Under the pieces are notes generated by a model. The model saw only the letters and a list, made by a program, of their open reading frames with translations, was not told the DNA's origin and made no database searches. From Gemmatimonadaceae bacterium (GTDB lineage Bacteria > Gemmatimonadota > Gemmatimonadetes > Gemmatimonadales > Gemmatimonadaceae), in NCBI GenBank assembly GCA_035646915.1, contig DASROK010000472.1, forward strand, positions 6,600 through 70,599: a stretch of DNA of 64,000 bases. Direction: 5' to 3'. This document shows positions 18,146 through 27,760 of this stretch, one piece after another. The number at the start of each line of letters is the position of its first letter. Within the stretch, counting starts at the first letter, position 1. A program made the position numbers and the translations under genes.

Positions 18146-19584
18146 CCGTGGTGTCGGGCGATCAGAAGTCGCACAAGCTGTGGGGCGGAAGGTTTTCCGT
18201 CCCCACAGCCCAGGCACTCGAAGCACTCAATCGCTCCATTGGAACTGACTTCCGCCTCTGGCCCCACGACATCCGCCTGTCGAAATCGTGGGCGATGGCA
18301 CTATGGGGCGCAGGTGTTCTCACCCTCGAGGAAAGCCGGCAGATCGAAGCTGGTCTGACAAAAGTCGGTGAGCGTCTCGCGGAGGGCGCCCTGCCCCAGC
18401 CTTCCGATGAAGATGTTCACACGATGATCGATCGAATGCTGCACGGAGAGATCGGCGACGTCGCGTCTAAGCTTCACACCGGCCGCAGCCGCAACGATCA
18501 GGTGTCAACTGCAACACGTCTCTGGACGATGGATGCGATTGTCGATCTCGATCAGTCAGTGCGTTCGCTGCAGCAGGTGATGATCGATCAGGCGATTTCT
18601 CTCGAGCAGGATCTCATGCCTGCGTATACCCATCTGCAGCGCGCGCAGCCTGTGAGCGGCGCACACTGGATGCTCTCGCATTTCTGGCCGCTCGAGCGCG
18701 ATCGCGCGCGCCTTTCCGCAGTTACGCGATCTGCTGCAGTCCTGCCGCTTGGCTCAGGAGCAATTGCAGGATCGGCCTATCCCGTCTCTCGCGTTCTGCT
18801 TCAAGGCAGCCTTGGATTCTCATCGTTGTCACCGAACAGCATCGACGCAGTCGGAGATCGTGATTTTATCGCCGAGCTGTTGTTTGCTGTCGCTTTGATC
18901 GGCGCGCATCTGTCCCGCCTTTCTGAAGATCTCATTCTTTACGGCTCGAGCGAGTTCGGTTTTGTCAAATTCGGCGAGGCATTTACGACCGGCTCGAGCA
19001 TGATGCCGCAGAAGCGAAACCCTGATGCGCTCGAGCTCGCACGCGCGTCGGGCGCACGCACCCTCGGCGACCTTACAGCGCTTCTCGCAACGCTCAAAGG
19101 ATTGCCGAGTGGGTACAACAAGGATCTTCAGGACGACAAGCGCGCGTTGTTCGGCGCTGTCGATCTTATTCTGCTGGTTATTCCTGCGGTTGCAGGCACA
19201 CTGGCTGAGATCAGCTTCGATCGAGAGCGCATGAAGTCAGCTCTGTCGAGCACGATGATGGCAACTGATCTCGCTGATTATCTGGTCGGGAAGGGAGCAA
19301 CGTTCCGCGAAGCGCACGAGGCGGTTGGCAATCTGATTCGTGAAGCTGAGGGGAAGGGATGTGAGCTTTACGATCTTCCGTCTGAGAGCTTCAGCTCTGC
19401 ACATCAATTATTTGGTGATGACGCAAAGGAATCGCTCGATCCGGTTCAGTCCGTTGCTCGCAGAGGAGTGCCTGGAGGAACGGGTCCTGACGCTGTGCGC
19501 GCGCAGATCGCAGCAGCAGAATCAGCAATCCGTCCGGCGAGGGATACGCCTCGCGGCAACGAGCTCAACCTGAGGGTGGTTTGA
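18142..19584 (+). CDS. argH: argininosuccinate lyase
   Basis: LWGGRF, HTGRSRNDQV and GSSMMPQKRNPD motifs. Confidence 0.98.
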   Translation: MTVVSGDQKSHKLWGGRFSVPTAQALEALNRSIGTDFRLWPHDIRLSKSWAMALWGAGVLTLEESRQIEAGLTKVGERLAEGALPQPSDEDVHTMIDRMLHGEIGDVASKLHTGRSRNDQVSTATRLWTMDAIVDLDQSVRSLQQVMIDQAISLEQDLMPAYTHLQRAQPVSGAHWMLSHFWPLERDRARLSAVTRSAAVLPLGSGAIAGSAYPVSRVLLQGSLGFSSLSPNSIDAVGDRDFIAELLFAVALIGAHLSRLSEDLILYGSSEFGFVKFGEAFTTGSSMMPQKRNPDALELARASGARTLGDLTALLATLKGLPSGYNKDLQDDKRALFGAVDLILLVIPAVAGTLAEISFDRERMKSALSSTMMATDLADYLVGKGATFREAHEAVGNLIREAEGKGCELYDLPSESFSSAHQLFGDDAKESLDPVQSVARRGVPGGTGPDAVRAQIAAAESAIRPARDTPRGNELNLRVV

Positions 19585-19605
19585 TTATTATCTAACCAAG
19601 CGCAT

Positions 19606-19642
19606 GAAAGAAAAGCCGGGTGATCCCCGGCTTTTCCTTTTC
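19606..19642. terminator. bidirectional intrinsic terminator
   Basis: AAAAGCCGGG-TGATC-CCCGGCTTTT between convergent genes. Confidence 0.85.
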
Positions 19643-19645
19643 TTA

Positions 19646-20218
19646 TTAGAAGCTGATTCCGAAAGTCACCGGAATGAACTGTGTAGCCACGTTGTCAGTG
19701 AAGACATGATGGTACCTGGCTTCGATGAACGTGTTGAATCCGCTGAGCGGGAATGAAGCGCCGATTCCGCCATTCACGCCGAACTTATTCTGCGAATCAG
19801 GATCATCTGCATCCTGAATGTCGCTCTTCAGGTTGTAGATGCCCGCGCCACCTATCAAATACGGAGTGATTCCCGTTCCCTGCAGATTGTAGACGAGGTT
19901 TGCGTTCGCCGAGCTGATGGCAACCGCATCGAGAACGCCGAATCCGGGCTGTACGATGGTGCGGTCATTCTTGACACTCATATGGTTGTACATGCCATCG
20001 ATACGCAGGCCGATTGGACTGCCGAATGACCTGAACATCAGCGACACAGTTCCGTTATAGCCTGTCGTTAGGTCGTCACCGAGATCGCTGACGGGTATGG
20101 CAGCCCCGCCGGAGATGCCGAGGCTGAGGGACTTGTTGGACTGTGCGAGGCTGGTCGAGGCTGAGAACAGCGTTGTGGCTGCGGCGATTGCGAGCGTTGC
20201 ATAGATCTTTCTTGTCAT
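19646..20218 (-). CDS. outer-membrane beta-barrel protein (OmpA/OmpW-like, 8-stranded)
   Basis: signal peptide, PYLIGGAG, FIEARYH, C-terminal FGISF; ATG 20218 with AGGAG RBS. Confidence 0.85.
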   Translation of the reverse strand: MTRKIYATLAIAAATTLFSASTSLAQSNKSLSLGISGGAAIPVSDLGDDLTTGYNGTVSLMFRSFGSPIGLRIDGMYNHMSVKNDRTIVQPGFGVLDAVAISSANANLVYNLQGTGITPYLIGGAGIYNLKSDIQDADDPDSQNKFGVNGGIGASFPLSGFNTFIEARYHHVFTDNVATQFIPVTFGISF

Positions 20219-20364
20219 GCCTTGCTCCTGCTGAGGTGCTGGTTTGAGCGTTATTTCCCGCTCGTGGTTCTTGCTAGGTACCGTGAGCGGAGGGCAAATG
20301 TTGCACCTCAAATGTATGGATTTGGGTGGATTTAATTATCCTTTTCAATTAGGATAATTACACT

Positions 20365-20748
20365 ATGCGCGCCTATACAGTTGCAACTGCAGCAGTTACG
20401 CTCCGAATGCCAGAGAAATGGCTCGACAATATTCTCTCTCAGAACCAGATCGACGGAGTCATCAGGAAGCGCCAGGGCGTTGCCCGAAGACTGACTCCAA
20501 AGGCCGTCTTGACTATGGAGATTGCCGTTCGGCTTGCCAGAGCCCTGGGAGCCACCATGCCGGCTGCGCTCCGGCTGGCTAGAGAGTTGATAGAGCAGGG
20601 AACTGACCCTGCCAGGATCGAGGCTGGCGATGGCTTGAGCCTGATACTCGAGCTTCGCCGGACTGAGGCCAACGTCATGGAGCGGCTTGCTCACGCTGTG
20701 GAGATTGCGCCTTCGCCGCAAAGAGGAAGGCCGCGCCGCAAAACCTAG
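20365..20748 (+). CDS. hypothetical MerR-like HTH protein with C-terminal AT-hook-like motif
   Basis: YTVATAAVTLRMPEKWLDN resembles a MerR/excisionase HTH; ends QRGRPRRKT. Confidence 0.6.
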   Translation: MRAYTVATAAVTLRMPEKWLDNILSQNQIDGVIRKRQGVARRLTPKAVLTMEIAVRLARALGATMPAALRLARELIEQGTDPARIEAGDGLSLILELRRTEANVMERLAHAVEIAPSPQRGRPRRKT

Positions 20749-20752
20749 AAAC

Positions 20753-20783
20753 GAAAGAGGGTGCCTCCTCGGCACCCTCTTTC
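20753..20783. terminator. bidirectional intrinsic terminator
   Basis: GAAAGAGGGTGCC-TCCTC-GGCACCCTCTTTC perfect 13-bp stem. Confidence 0.88.
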
Positions 20784-20805
20784 TCAATTCGATTGTACCC
20801 GCGCC

Positions 20806-21015
20806 TTAGCTGGTCTTCGAAACGTTCTCAGCCGCCGGACCTTTCTGTCCTTCGACGATGTCGAACTCCACCGTATCACCTTCGGCGAGAGACTTGAATC
20901 CGTTTCCGGAGATCGCGCTGTAATGCACGAAGCAGTCCTTCTGTCCGTTGTCAGGGGTGATGAAGCCAAAGCCCTTCGCATCGTTGAACCATTTAACCTT
21001 GCCGGTCGTACGCAT
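20806..21015 (-). CDS. cold-shock protein
   Basis: [15 protein letters not shown] and FVHYSAI motifs; ATG 21015 with AGGAG RBS. Confidence 0.97.
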   Translation of the reverse strand: MRTTGKVKWFNDAKGFGFITPDNGQKDCFVHYSAISGNGFKSLAEGDTVEFDIVEGQKGPAAENVSKTS

Positions 21016-21153
21016 TCCTGCTCCTGGTAAAAAATCCCGAATCCGGAATTCACCGTCTCCGGGGCAACTGTGGCTCAGCCCACTGTGGGCGTCGCCGGAT
21101 GAAGCACTCGAGGATCCCTGACTGGGCTCCCAAGGCCGGGTTACTCGGGCAAA

Positions 21154-21182
21154 ACCATACAACCGTCAGGAAATGCGGTCAA
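21154..21182 (-). promoter_or_regulatory. sigma-70 promoter of the csp gene, implying a 5' UTR of about 130 nt
   Basis: TTGACC-N17-TATGGT on the minus strand. Confidence 0.65.
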
Positions 21183-21193
21183 TAGAAAAATGT

Positions 21194-21601
21194 TCAAGGT
21201 TCAAGTTTACGAATATTTGTGATGTAGTACTCAGTTTCTCCGAAACACCGCGTAGGCACGCCGCGGTGCTCCTCATAGGTGAGAGACACTCTCTTGCCAA
21301 GGCTTTCCTGAATGAGACGTGCAATTGAATCGTTCCGAACACTGAATTTGAATATCTGCGGCATGGAGCCAGGAAGATTCGCCTGCGCGAGCTCTCCTTC
21401 CCATGTCTTGCACAGCCAGCCACGCTTGGAAATCTTCTGGGTGTATCCGGCACGATCACCTTTCGAGTACGCGTACGCGAGAGTTATTCCCGCCCACAGC
21501 GCAAAGATCAGAACGGGAACCAGAACTATCAGCGCACCAGTGATCTTCCTCCAGTGACGACGCTTCCAGGAAGGCTTCGTTGGCGGAGGTGTATCAGTCA
21601 T
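21194..21601 (-). CDS. conserved hypothetical membrane-anchored protein
   Basis: one TM helix followed by YSKGDRAG..KISKRGWLCKTWEGEL motif. Confidence 0.8.
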   Translation of the reverse strand: MTDTPPPTKPSWKRRHWRKITGALIVLVPVLIFALWAGITLAYAYSKGDRAGYTQKISKRGWLCKTWEGELAQANLPGSMPQIFKFSVRNDSIARLIQESLGKRVSLTYEEHRGVPTRCFGETEYYITNIRKLEP

Positions 21602-21668
21602 TGTCTCTCCGGGCAGGGCATGCGTTTCACGGGAGAATTAGCTTTATCTCGAAGCCAAAGATAACGAA

Positions 21669-22904
21669 GTGACTTTCAACCCACGCAGAAAAACTGTCTC
21701 CGCATCCGTCGGCGGAGTGCCTCTCGGCTCAGCACATCCGATCGTCGTCCAGTCGATGACGAACACGGACACAGCTGATGCTGCCGCTACTGCTGCGCAG
21801 GTTGCAGCCCTCGCTGCAGCCGGCTCTCAGCTCGTGCGCATCACAGTCAACAATGAAGAAGCGGCAGCTGCAGTTCCGGAAATTTCTTCCCGGCTCGCCG
21901 CCATGGGCGTCAATGTTCCACTGATTGGTGACTTCCACTACAACGGACATCTTCTCCTCGCGAATTATCCCGACACAGCACGAACTCTCGCCAAGTACCG
22001 CATCAACCCCGGAAACGTCGGGAGCAAAAGACGAGACGAAAACTTCAGCATCATCGCGCGCATAGCTGCCGAAAACAGCAAGGCCGTGCGTATCGGTGTG
22101 AACTGGGGATCGCTCGACCAGGATCTGCTGACACGGATGATGGACGCAAATGCGTCCGCAAGTGAGCCCCTCGACGCAAAAGAAGTCTATATCGAGGCGA
22201 TGATCGAGAGTGCGCTCCGCTCCGCGGAGCTTGCTGAGGAGTGCGGCATACCGCACAACCAGATCATCATCTCCGCGAAAGTCTCAGGCGTGCAGGATCT
22301 GGTAGAAGTTTATCGTCGCCTCGCGTCCCGATGCGATTATCCGCTTCACCTCGGTCTCACTGAAGCAGGAATGGGAAGCAAGGGAATAGTGTCCAGCGCC
22401 GCTGCACTCTCGATTCTTCTTGCCGAAGGAATTGGTGACACCATCAGAGTGTCGCTCACGCCCAAGCCCAACGGCGATCGGACTGAAGAAGTCGAAATCG
22501 CACAGCAGATACTGCAATCGCTCGATCTGCGTCGATTCAATCCTCAGGTGACGGCATGTCCGGGATGCGGAAGGACGACGTCGACTTTCTTCCAGCACAT
22601 GGCCGAGGATATCCAGATCTATCTGCGCGAGCAGATGCCGGTGTGGAAAGAGAAATACCCCGGCGTGAGTGATCTCAAGGTTGCCGTGATGGGATGCGTC
22701 GTTAACGGGCCAGGCGAATCGAAGCACGCGAATATCGGCATCTCGCTGCCCGGAACTTTCGAGGAACCAAAGGCACCTGTATACGTCGACGGCAAGCTGA
22801 TGGTCACCCTCAAAGGCGACAACATCGTCCCGGAATTCCTTCAGATCCTCGAAGATTATGTGGAGCGAAAGTACACGGTACGGCCCGAGCCGATTCTTGC
22901 TTAG
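21669..22904 (+). CDS. ispG: HMBPP synthase
   Basis: [31 protein letters not shown] and [10 protein letters not shown] motifs. Confidence 0.98.
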   Translation: MTFNPRRKTVSASVGGVPLGSAHPIVVQSMTNTDTADAAATAAQVAALAAAGSQLVRITVNNEEAAAAVPEISSRLAAMGVNVPLIGDFHYNGHLLLANYPDTARTLAKYRINPGNVGSKRRDENFSIIARIAAENSKAVRIGVNWGSLDQDLLTRMMDANASASEPLDAKEVYIEAMIESALRSAELAEECGIPHNQIIISAKVSGVQDLVEVYRRLASRCDYPLHLGLTEAGMGSKGIVSSAAALSILLAEGIGDTIRVSLTPKPNGDRTEEVEIAQQILQSLDLRRFNPQVTACPGCGRTTSTFFQHMAEDIQIYLREQMPVWKEKYPGVSDLKVAVMGCVVNGPGESKHANIGISLPGTFEEPKAPVYVDGKLMVTLKGDNIVPEFLQILEDYVERKYTVRPEPILA

Positions 22905-23497
22905 GACTTCTCCAGAGCAGTGACTGCTTCAGCAAGCTCTTCCGTAATCGGTTCGGTAAACCCGATTTGAGCGAACCGATTCAGGACATCACGATACCAC
23001 TTGACGGTCGTGTCTCGACCACCGCTCGTTCTCGACCAGACCGAATCAGGATCCATGGTGCGGCGCACATCAGAGAGAAGGGAATTCACGTTGTGCAGCT
23101 TCTCTGCTGCACTCACCCAGAGAGCTGGCCGCGGAGCTGACGCCAACCGGTCGAGATAGTCGGTTTTCATCTCGTCCAGATCAAGTTCTACCCCGTCATC
23201 ATCCAGTCGTCGCTGCGTAACAGCAAGCAGAAGTGACAGCGGTTCCGCGCCAAATTTCTCGCCGATTCGCTGCTCGAGCATTTCGAGAGTAGCTCCCTCG
23301 CGAATCGAGTCCTGCGCTACGTCGTGCAGAATTCCCGCAACGACTGTGTTGTCGCCGCATCCGTAGCGCGAGAGTATCACGGCTACATTCGCAGGCTGCG
23401 TGAAGTAGGGAAGCTTTGTTCCCTTTCTGACCTGGCGGTCATGATGCTTGGCCGCGAATGCGAACGCATGATTGATCGCGTCAGAGTATCCCTTCAC
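22901..23497 (-). CDS. HD-domain protein, Mesh1 / small alarmone hydrolase-like, degenerate
   Basis: [17 protein letters not shown] and KLHN motifs; GTG 23497 overlaps the upstream TGA. Confidence 0.82.
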   Translation of the reverse strand: MKGYSDAINHAFAFAAKHHDRQVRKGTKLPYFTQPANVAVILSRYGCGDNTVVAGILHDVAQDSIREGATLEMLEQRIGEKFGAEPLSLLLAVTQRRLDDDGVELDLDEMKTDYLDRLASAPRPALWVSAAEKLHNVNSLLSDVRRTMDPDSVWSRTSGGRDTTVKWYRDVLNRFAQIGFTEPITEELAEAVTALEKS

Positions 23498-23994
23498 GCC
23501 CACGGGGCACCTTTCGCGAACCACGCAACGACCCGTTCAAGGCCCTCGCGATCCGCCTCTCCAAAAGTACCCGGTTCCTCCGAATCAATATCGAGCACCG
23601 CAATCAGCTCGTGATTCCCATCGAAGACCGGCACGACTATCTCCGAGCGCGACCGTGCATCACAGGCGATGTGCCCCGCAAATGCATTTACGTCTTCGAC
23701 AATTACAGTCTTGCCGCCGGCTGCAGCTGTGCCGCATACACCTTTGCCGAATTCAATCTCCATGCACCCCAGAGTGCCCTGATAAGGACCAATCCGCAGA
23801 AGCCGGCCAGGCTCGACCACACGATAGAAACCAGTCCATAGATGCCCGAACGCATTGTGAATCAGGGCGCTGATTGTCGCCATCGCAGCGACTGAATCAT
23901 CGATACCCTCCAGCACTGCTTTGACCTGAACACACAGCTCGTCATATGCCTCGGCCAGAGGTATTCCGCGGAGATCGATTGTTGTCTCGGCCAT
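23494..23994 (-). CDS. msrC: GAF-domain free methionine-R-sulfoxide reductase
   Basis: WTGFY, GPYQG..GC, GKGVCG, HIACD..SRSEIVVP and LDIDS motifs. Confidence 0.85.
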   Translation of the reverse strand: MAETTIDLRGIPLAEAYDELCVQVKAVLEGIDDSVAAMATISALIHNAFGHLWTGFYRVVEPGRLLRIGPYQGTLGCMEIEFGKGVCGTAAAGGKTVIVEDVNAFAGHIACDARSRSEIVVPVFDGNHELIAVLDIDSEEPGTFGEADREGLERVVAWFAKGAPWA

Positions 23995-24001
23995 CTGGTG
24001 G

Positions 24002-25708
24002 TCAGCGGACTCCGGCGAGATTGAATGTTCCCGATGTTGCTGAGAGTCCCGACTCGCTGTGCTCGTCCTGCGCTTCGATCACCGGCAGGTCATCATTCCA
24101 GAGAACAAGTCCCTGAATGCGCAGATCAAGCACGCGAAGACTTTCGACCGCTTCCCTGAGGCGGGCAAGCCTCGTGTGCGCTACTCTCGCGCACAAAATT
24201 ACATCCGGGCCAGGGATGATGCTGTCACGGCTCCGCTGAAGGTATCCGGTAGGCGCGGCGATGACGATCAGATCGTAGTGCTTTTCCATTCTCGCGAAAT
24301 TCCCGCGAATCTTTTTCGCCACTTCAGCACCAGGCGGACCCTGCCTTTTCGTACCGCTCGGCATGATGTCGAGCGTGCGGTCCCGGCCAACCGTCGTCTG
24401 AACGATCGAGCTCGACCACTCGGAGCGTCCTGAGATCATTCCCGCCAGTCCAGGATTGGAAGGTATCCGGAAAATTGCAGCGACAAAAGACGTGACCGAA
24501 TCCACGTCCACCAGGAGTGTGCTTCGTGCTTCGTAGGCGGCGGCGGCTGCGATATTTGACGCCACTGTCGCGACAATTGCGCCCTCATCGCCCGCAACTG
24601 TCACTATCGGAACATTGGCTTCCGTAGCCGCAAGGTGGAGATACAACCGCCGGTAACTCTCTGAAACAACATTGATGAGCGGAGGAGTCATCTCATCTGC
24701 CAGGCGTCTCGTGCGCTCCACATTTACTTCGGCCGGCTCTATTACACCAAGAACGCGAACGCCTGTTACCTGCTCCGCTTCACGTGAATCAGCTATCGTC
24801 GGTCTCTTCAGCTCGATGAAAAATGAAGCACCGAATCCAAGGGTAAGCGCGAGCACGAGTGCAGCGGCAAGCATCGCAAGCGGTGGCGCTCCGACATTGG
24901 CCAGCTCACGCGCACGCGAAGTTTCCTGATCGATACGATCGTTCACCGCCCTCATCTGTGCCAGCGCGCGGAAAGCATCAGCATACACGCGCTCCGCCTC
25001 GACTCGCTGTGCACGATACCTCGCGGTATCCACCTGAGGACGCGGCGCAGTCGGTGCTGGAGCGGGTCTCAGAAGCGCCAACCGCTGCCGTGCTTCGGCA
25101 CGTTTTGATTCAGCGATCGACTGAATGGACCGGCCAACCGCTGTCGCGCGTGACGTCAGAGCGACATATACGGGATCCACACCACCGACAGTCCCAAATG
25201 CATCGCGCTCCCTCTCGATGTCGGAGAGAGAATCGAGAAGCGCGCGAATCACTGGATCACTTGCAAGTGATGGAGCTGTTGCGAGCGCGCGATACGAAGC
25301 AGGAAGGGGAGCGTTGTCCGCTCGGTCGATCAACCGATTGAGCGTTGAGATTTCGGCCGAAAGCGCCTGGCGTTGCGCTATTGCCTCTGGAGGAAACGTA
25401 TCGACGACTGCGGCCTGTACAGGCGCTGCAACACGTCGCGCGGCGTCGAGCATCGAATCCGCATTCGCGATTCTCGCTGCTGCTCTGTCACGCAGCGCGA
25501 CGGTCCTGTTGGAATCAGGCCTTTCCTCAATTGTAGCCGATACACGTACCGCTGCACGAGTCGCCTGCCTCGGCACAAGCACAAAGGCTATCAGTGAAGC
25601 GATGAACACGAGGCCTCCGACGATTCCCATGATTGCAAATCGCCGCGAAGCGTTACGCGACCTCGATGAGGTCCACCAGTAGCTGGCGCCGCTGAATGGC
25701 CTGCTCAT
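24002..25708 (-). CDS. Wzc/GumC-like membrane protein with degenerate BY-kinase domain
   Basis: TM / coiled region / TM, then VLGVI, SESYRRL, LLVDVD and YDLIVI; Walker A lost. Confidence 0.72.
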   Translation of the reverse strand: MSRPFSGASYWWTSSRSRNASRRFAIMGIVGGLVFIASLIAFVLVPRQATRAAVRVSATIEERPDSNRTVALRDRAAARIANADSMLDAARRVAAPVQAAVVDTFPPEAIAQRQALSAEISTLNRLIDRADNAPLPASYRALATAPSLASDPVIRALLDSLSDIERERDAFGTVGGVDPVYVALTSRATAVGRSIQSIAESKRAEARQRLALLRPAPAPTAPRPQVDTARYRAQRVEAERVYADAFRALAQMRAVNDRIDQETSRARELANVGAPPLAMLAAALVLALTLGFGASFFIELKRPTIADSREAEQVTGVRVLGVIEPAEVNVERTRRLADEMTPPLINVVSESYRRLYLHLAATEANVPIVTVAGDEGAIVATVASNIAAAAAYEARSTLLVDVDSVTSFVAAIFRIPSNPGLAGMISGRSEWSSSIVQTTVGRDRTLDIMPSGTKRQGPPGAEVAKKIRGNFARMEKHYDLIVIAAPTGYLQRSRDSIIPGPDVILCARVAHTRLARLREAVESLRVLDLRIQGLVLWNDDLPVIEAQDEHSESGLSATSGTFNLAGVR

Positions 25709-25773
25709 TCCACTTTTTTCATACGATTAGGTCGATGATGATGCACATCGTATGCGAACGCTACCCTGAAGCG

Positions 25774-25812
25774 AAAAAAAAAGGCGGAGGCATCTGCTGA
25801 TGCCCCCGCCTT
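25774..25812 (-). terminator. intrinsic terminator of the cupredoxin gene
   Basis: GGCGGGGGCATC-AGCA-GATGCCTCCGCC followed by T9 on the minus strand. Confidence 0.88.
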
Positions 25813-25825
25813 GAAGTTCCGGTGC

Positions 25826-26341
25826 TTACTGAACCGTAATCTCGCCCTTCATGCCGAGGGCAAGGTGCGGAGTGCAGTGGTAAGGGTACTTGCCGGGCTT
25901 GATGTTCGCGAACGAGACGGTAATCGACTCGCCAGCGTTTGTCTTCAGCGCGCTCGAGAGCTGTCCCATCTTCTCAGGGATGTTGGCATCGAGCTGACCC
26001 TGAACATCTGCAGGAATGGTTGCCGGATCAAAGGCGACGTTGTGAGGTCCGCCGTTTACGACGGTGAACTTGATTCCATCGCCAGCCTTAACGGTAATGT
26101 TGGCTGGATCGAACTTATATCCAGTGGCATCGCCGATCATCTTCACTTCATGGGTGGTACCGGTGATCGGTGCTGCCGTCACCGCACCGCCTGCCGGTGC
26201 CGCGGGAGCAGGAGCTGCTGCTGCAGGCGCGGCCGTCGTATCGACAGCAACGGCCGTCGTATCACCGGCATTTTTGTCACCGCCGGCGCACGCGCCGAGA
26301 ACAACCGCGCTCGCTGCGAGCGCAATTCCGTAGAACCGCAT
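25826..26341 (-). CDS. plastocyanin/azurin-family blue copper lipoprotein
   Basis: lipobox LGAC, Ala/Pro linker, PHNV..YHCTPHLALGM copper ligands. Confidence 0.93.
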   Translation of the reverse strand: MRFYGIALAASAVVLGACAGGDKNAGDTTAVAVDTTAAPAAAAPAPAAPAGGAVTAAPITGTTHEVKMIGDATGYKFDPANITVKAGDGIKFTVVNGGPHNVAFDPATIPADVQGQLDANIPEKMGQLSSALKTNAGESITVSFANIKPGKYPYHCTPHLALGMKGEITVQ

Positions 26342-26422
26342 TTTCCTAGTGGCCTCCATTGCCGTACAAGGTTACTTCTGAGTTTGAGATTTCCCACCTG
26401 CCGGAGAGCTTCCGGCAGGAGA

Positions 26423-26440
26423 TTGTGAAGTTATTCACAA
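26423..26440. promoter_or_regulatory. Rex-type (also CRP-type) operator palindrome
   Basis: TTGTGAA-GTTA-TTCACAA, an exact TTGTGAA-N4-TTCACAA. Confidence 0.75.
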
Positions 26441-26497
26441 AGCCATGGAAATCAAAGCGCTGGCCGCCCGTGCGTCAGAAATCGTGCCGGAATTTCG

Positions 26498-27760
26498 TTA
26501 GAAGCGGGTTATCAGGTCGCGCCTCAGTCGTGATGGATCTCCGACATACGCGAATCTGATTCCTTTCATGTACTTGCGAGCCACCCGCTGGACTGCTTCG
26601 GGTGAAACGCTCTTGAGCTCGTCCACGAATTTGTCGGCAAGCCGATAGTCTCCCCGATACAACTGGGCACGCGCCAGGAAGCTGGCCTGGGCATCGTTGG
26701 TTTCGTTGTCGAGAAAATATTCCGTGAGGAACTGCTGCTCGAGCCGCTCGAGCCCATCCTTGTCGAGCAGGCCGTCCTGCAGCTCCTTCACCGCCGTATA
26801 CATCAGCCGAAGTGTTGTGTCCGGCGCAGTGGTCGACACATACAACCCACCTGCACTTGCTGCGCGGTCGAGGAAGGGTGCGTGCACATCGTACGTAAGA
26901 TTCTGTCGCGTGCGTATTTCCGAGAACATGCGCCCTGTCAGAACGGAGGTCGCAATCCTCAGCGCCTGATAGTCCTCTGAATTCGCGAGGGGGCCGCTGT
27001 AGTACCCGACGATGTAGTTCGTGGGAAGCGTGCGCGGTTCGACAACGACTGCAGACTTGCCTTCTGGAAGCCGCGCTGGTGGAGTCCACTTGTATGTTCC
27101 TTCCGGCATCTTCGCGAGCGTTGCGGTAACGAGCCGCTGGATGTGCGCCCGATCGACATCGCCGACAACAACCAGCAGCATTCGCGATTTCACCATCTGC
27201 GTCGCCTGATAATTCCTGAGTGCCGCAGCATCGATCGACGAAATCGATGACGCCGTTCCAATCACGGAAGTCGCGTACGGATGACCTGTGAACGCGATGC
27301 TGTCAGCAAGATACTCGGCAAGTGCATCGGGATCGTCGCGTCGCTGATTGATCCCCGAGATGAACTGCGTCTTGATCAGAGAGACATCTTCCGCATCGAG
27401 CGTTGGATTCATGAGACGGTCAGCGAAGATCGCCCACGTTGAATCGAATACTTCGGTTGTTGCACGAATACCAAACATCGTCCAGTCGTCCGACGGAACA
27501 GTGGCGATCTCGCTTCCGAGACGCGACATCTTTCGCCGCAGAGTAGCCTTCGGATAATTCTTCGTACCGCGTTCGGAAACCTCGAGGAGAAGCGCCTCGA
27601 TTCCTGCGTTCGCCGCTGTTACCTGTCGTGCGCCGCCAAGCAGGTAGAGATTAGCGGCGACGACATTGTTCGCTTTGCTTTCCCTGAGAATCACCTTCAC
27701 GCCGCCGACGTCGAAGCTCGACGTCAGCGTTGTCATCGCAAGTGCAATTGAAAGCAGCAT
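26498..27760 (-). CDS. M16B peptidase, non-catalytic subunit
   Basis: no HxxEH; RMFSEIRTRQNLTY R/Y motif; coupled to the upstream catalytic subunit. Confidence 0.9.
   Translation of the reverse strand: MLLSIALAMTTLTSSFDVGGVKVILRESKANNVVAANLYLLGGARQVTAANAGIEALLLEVSERGTKNYPKATLRRKMSRLGSEIATVPSDDWTMFGIRATTEVFDSTWAIFADRLMNPTLDAEDVSLIKTQFISGINQRRDDPDALAEYLADSIAFTGHPYATSVIGTASSISSIDAAALRNYQATQMVKSRMLLVVVGDVDRAHIQRLVTATLAKMPEGTYKWTPPARLPEGKSAVVVEPRTLPTNYIVGYYSGPLANSEDYQALRIATSVLTGRMFSEIRTRQNLTYDVHAPFLDRAASAGGLYVSTTAPDTTLRLMYTAVKELQDGLLDKDGLERLEQQFLTEYFLDNETNDAQASFLARAQLYRGDYRLADKFVDELKSVSPEAVQRVARKYMKGIRFAYVGDPSRLRRDLITRF

Noticed and set aside
20290-20312. sigma-54 promoter for the outer-membrane protein (AGGTGC-AACAT-TTGCC on the minus strand)
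   Set aside because: The spacing fits but the -24 element is a poor match, so it is too weak to call.
26498-27760. M16 peptidase lacking HxxEH as a decayed gene
   Set aside because: This is the normal non-catalytic partner in heterodimeric M16B peptidases.
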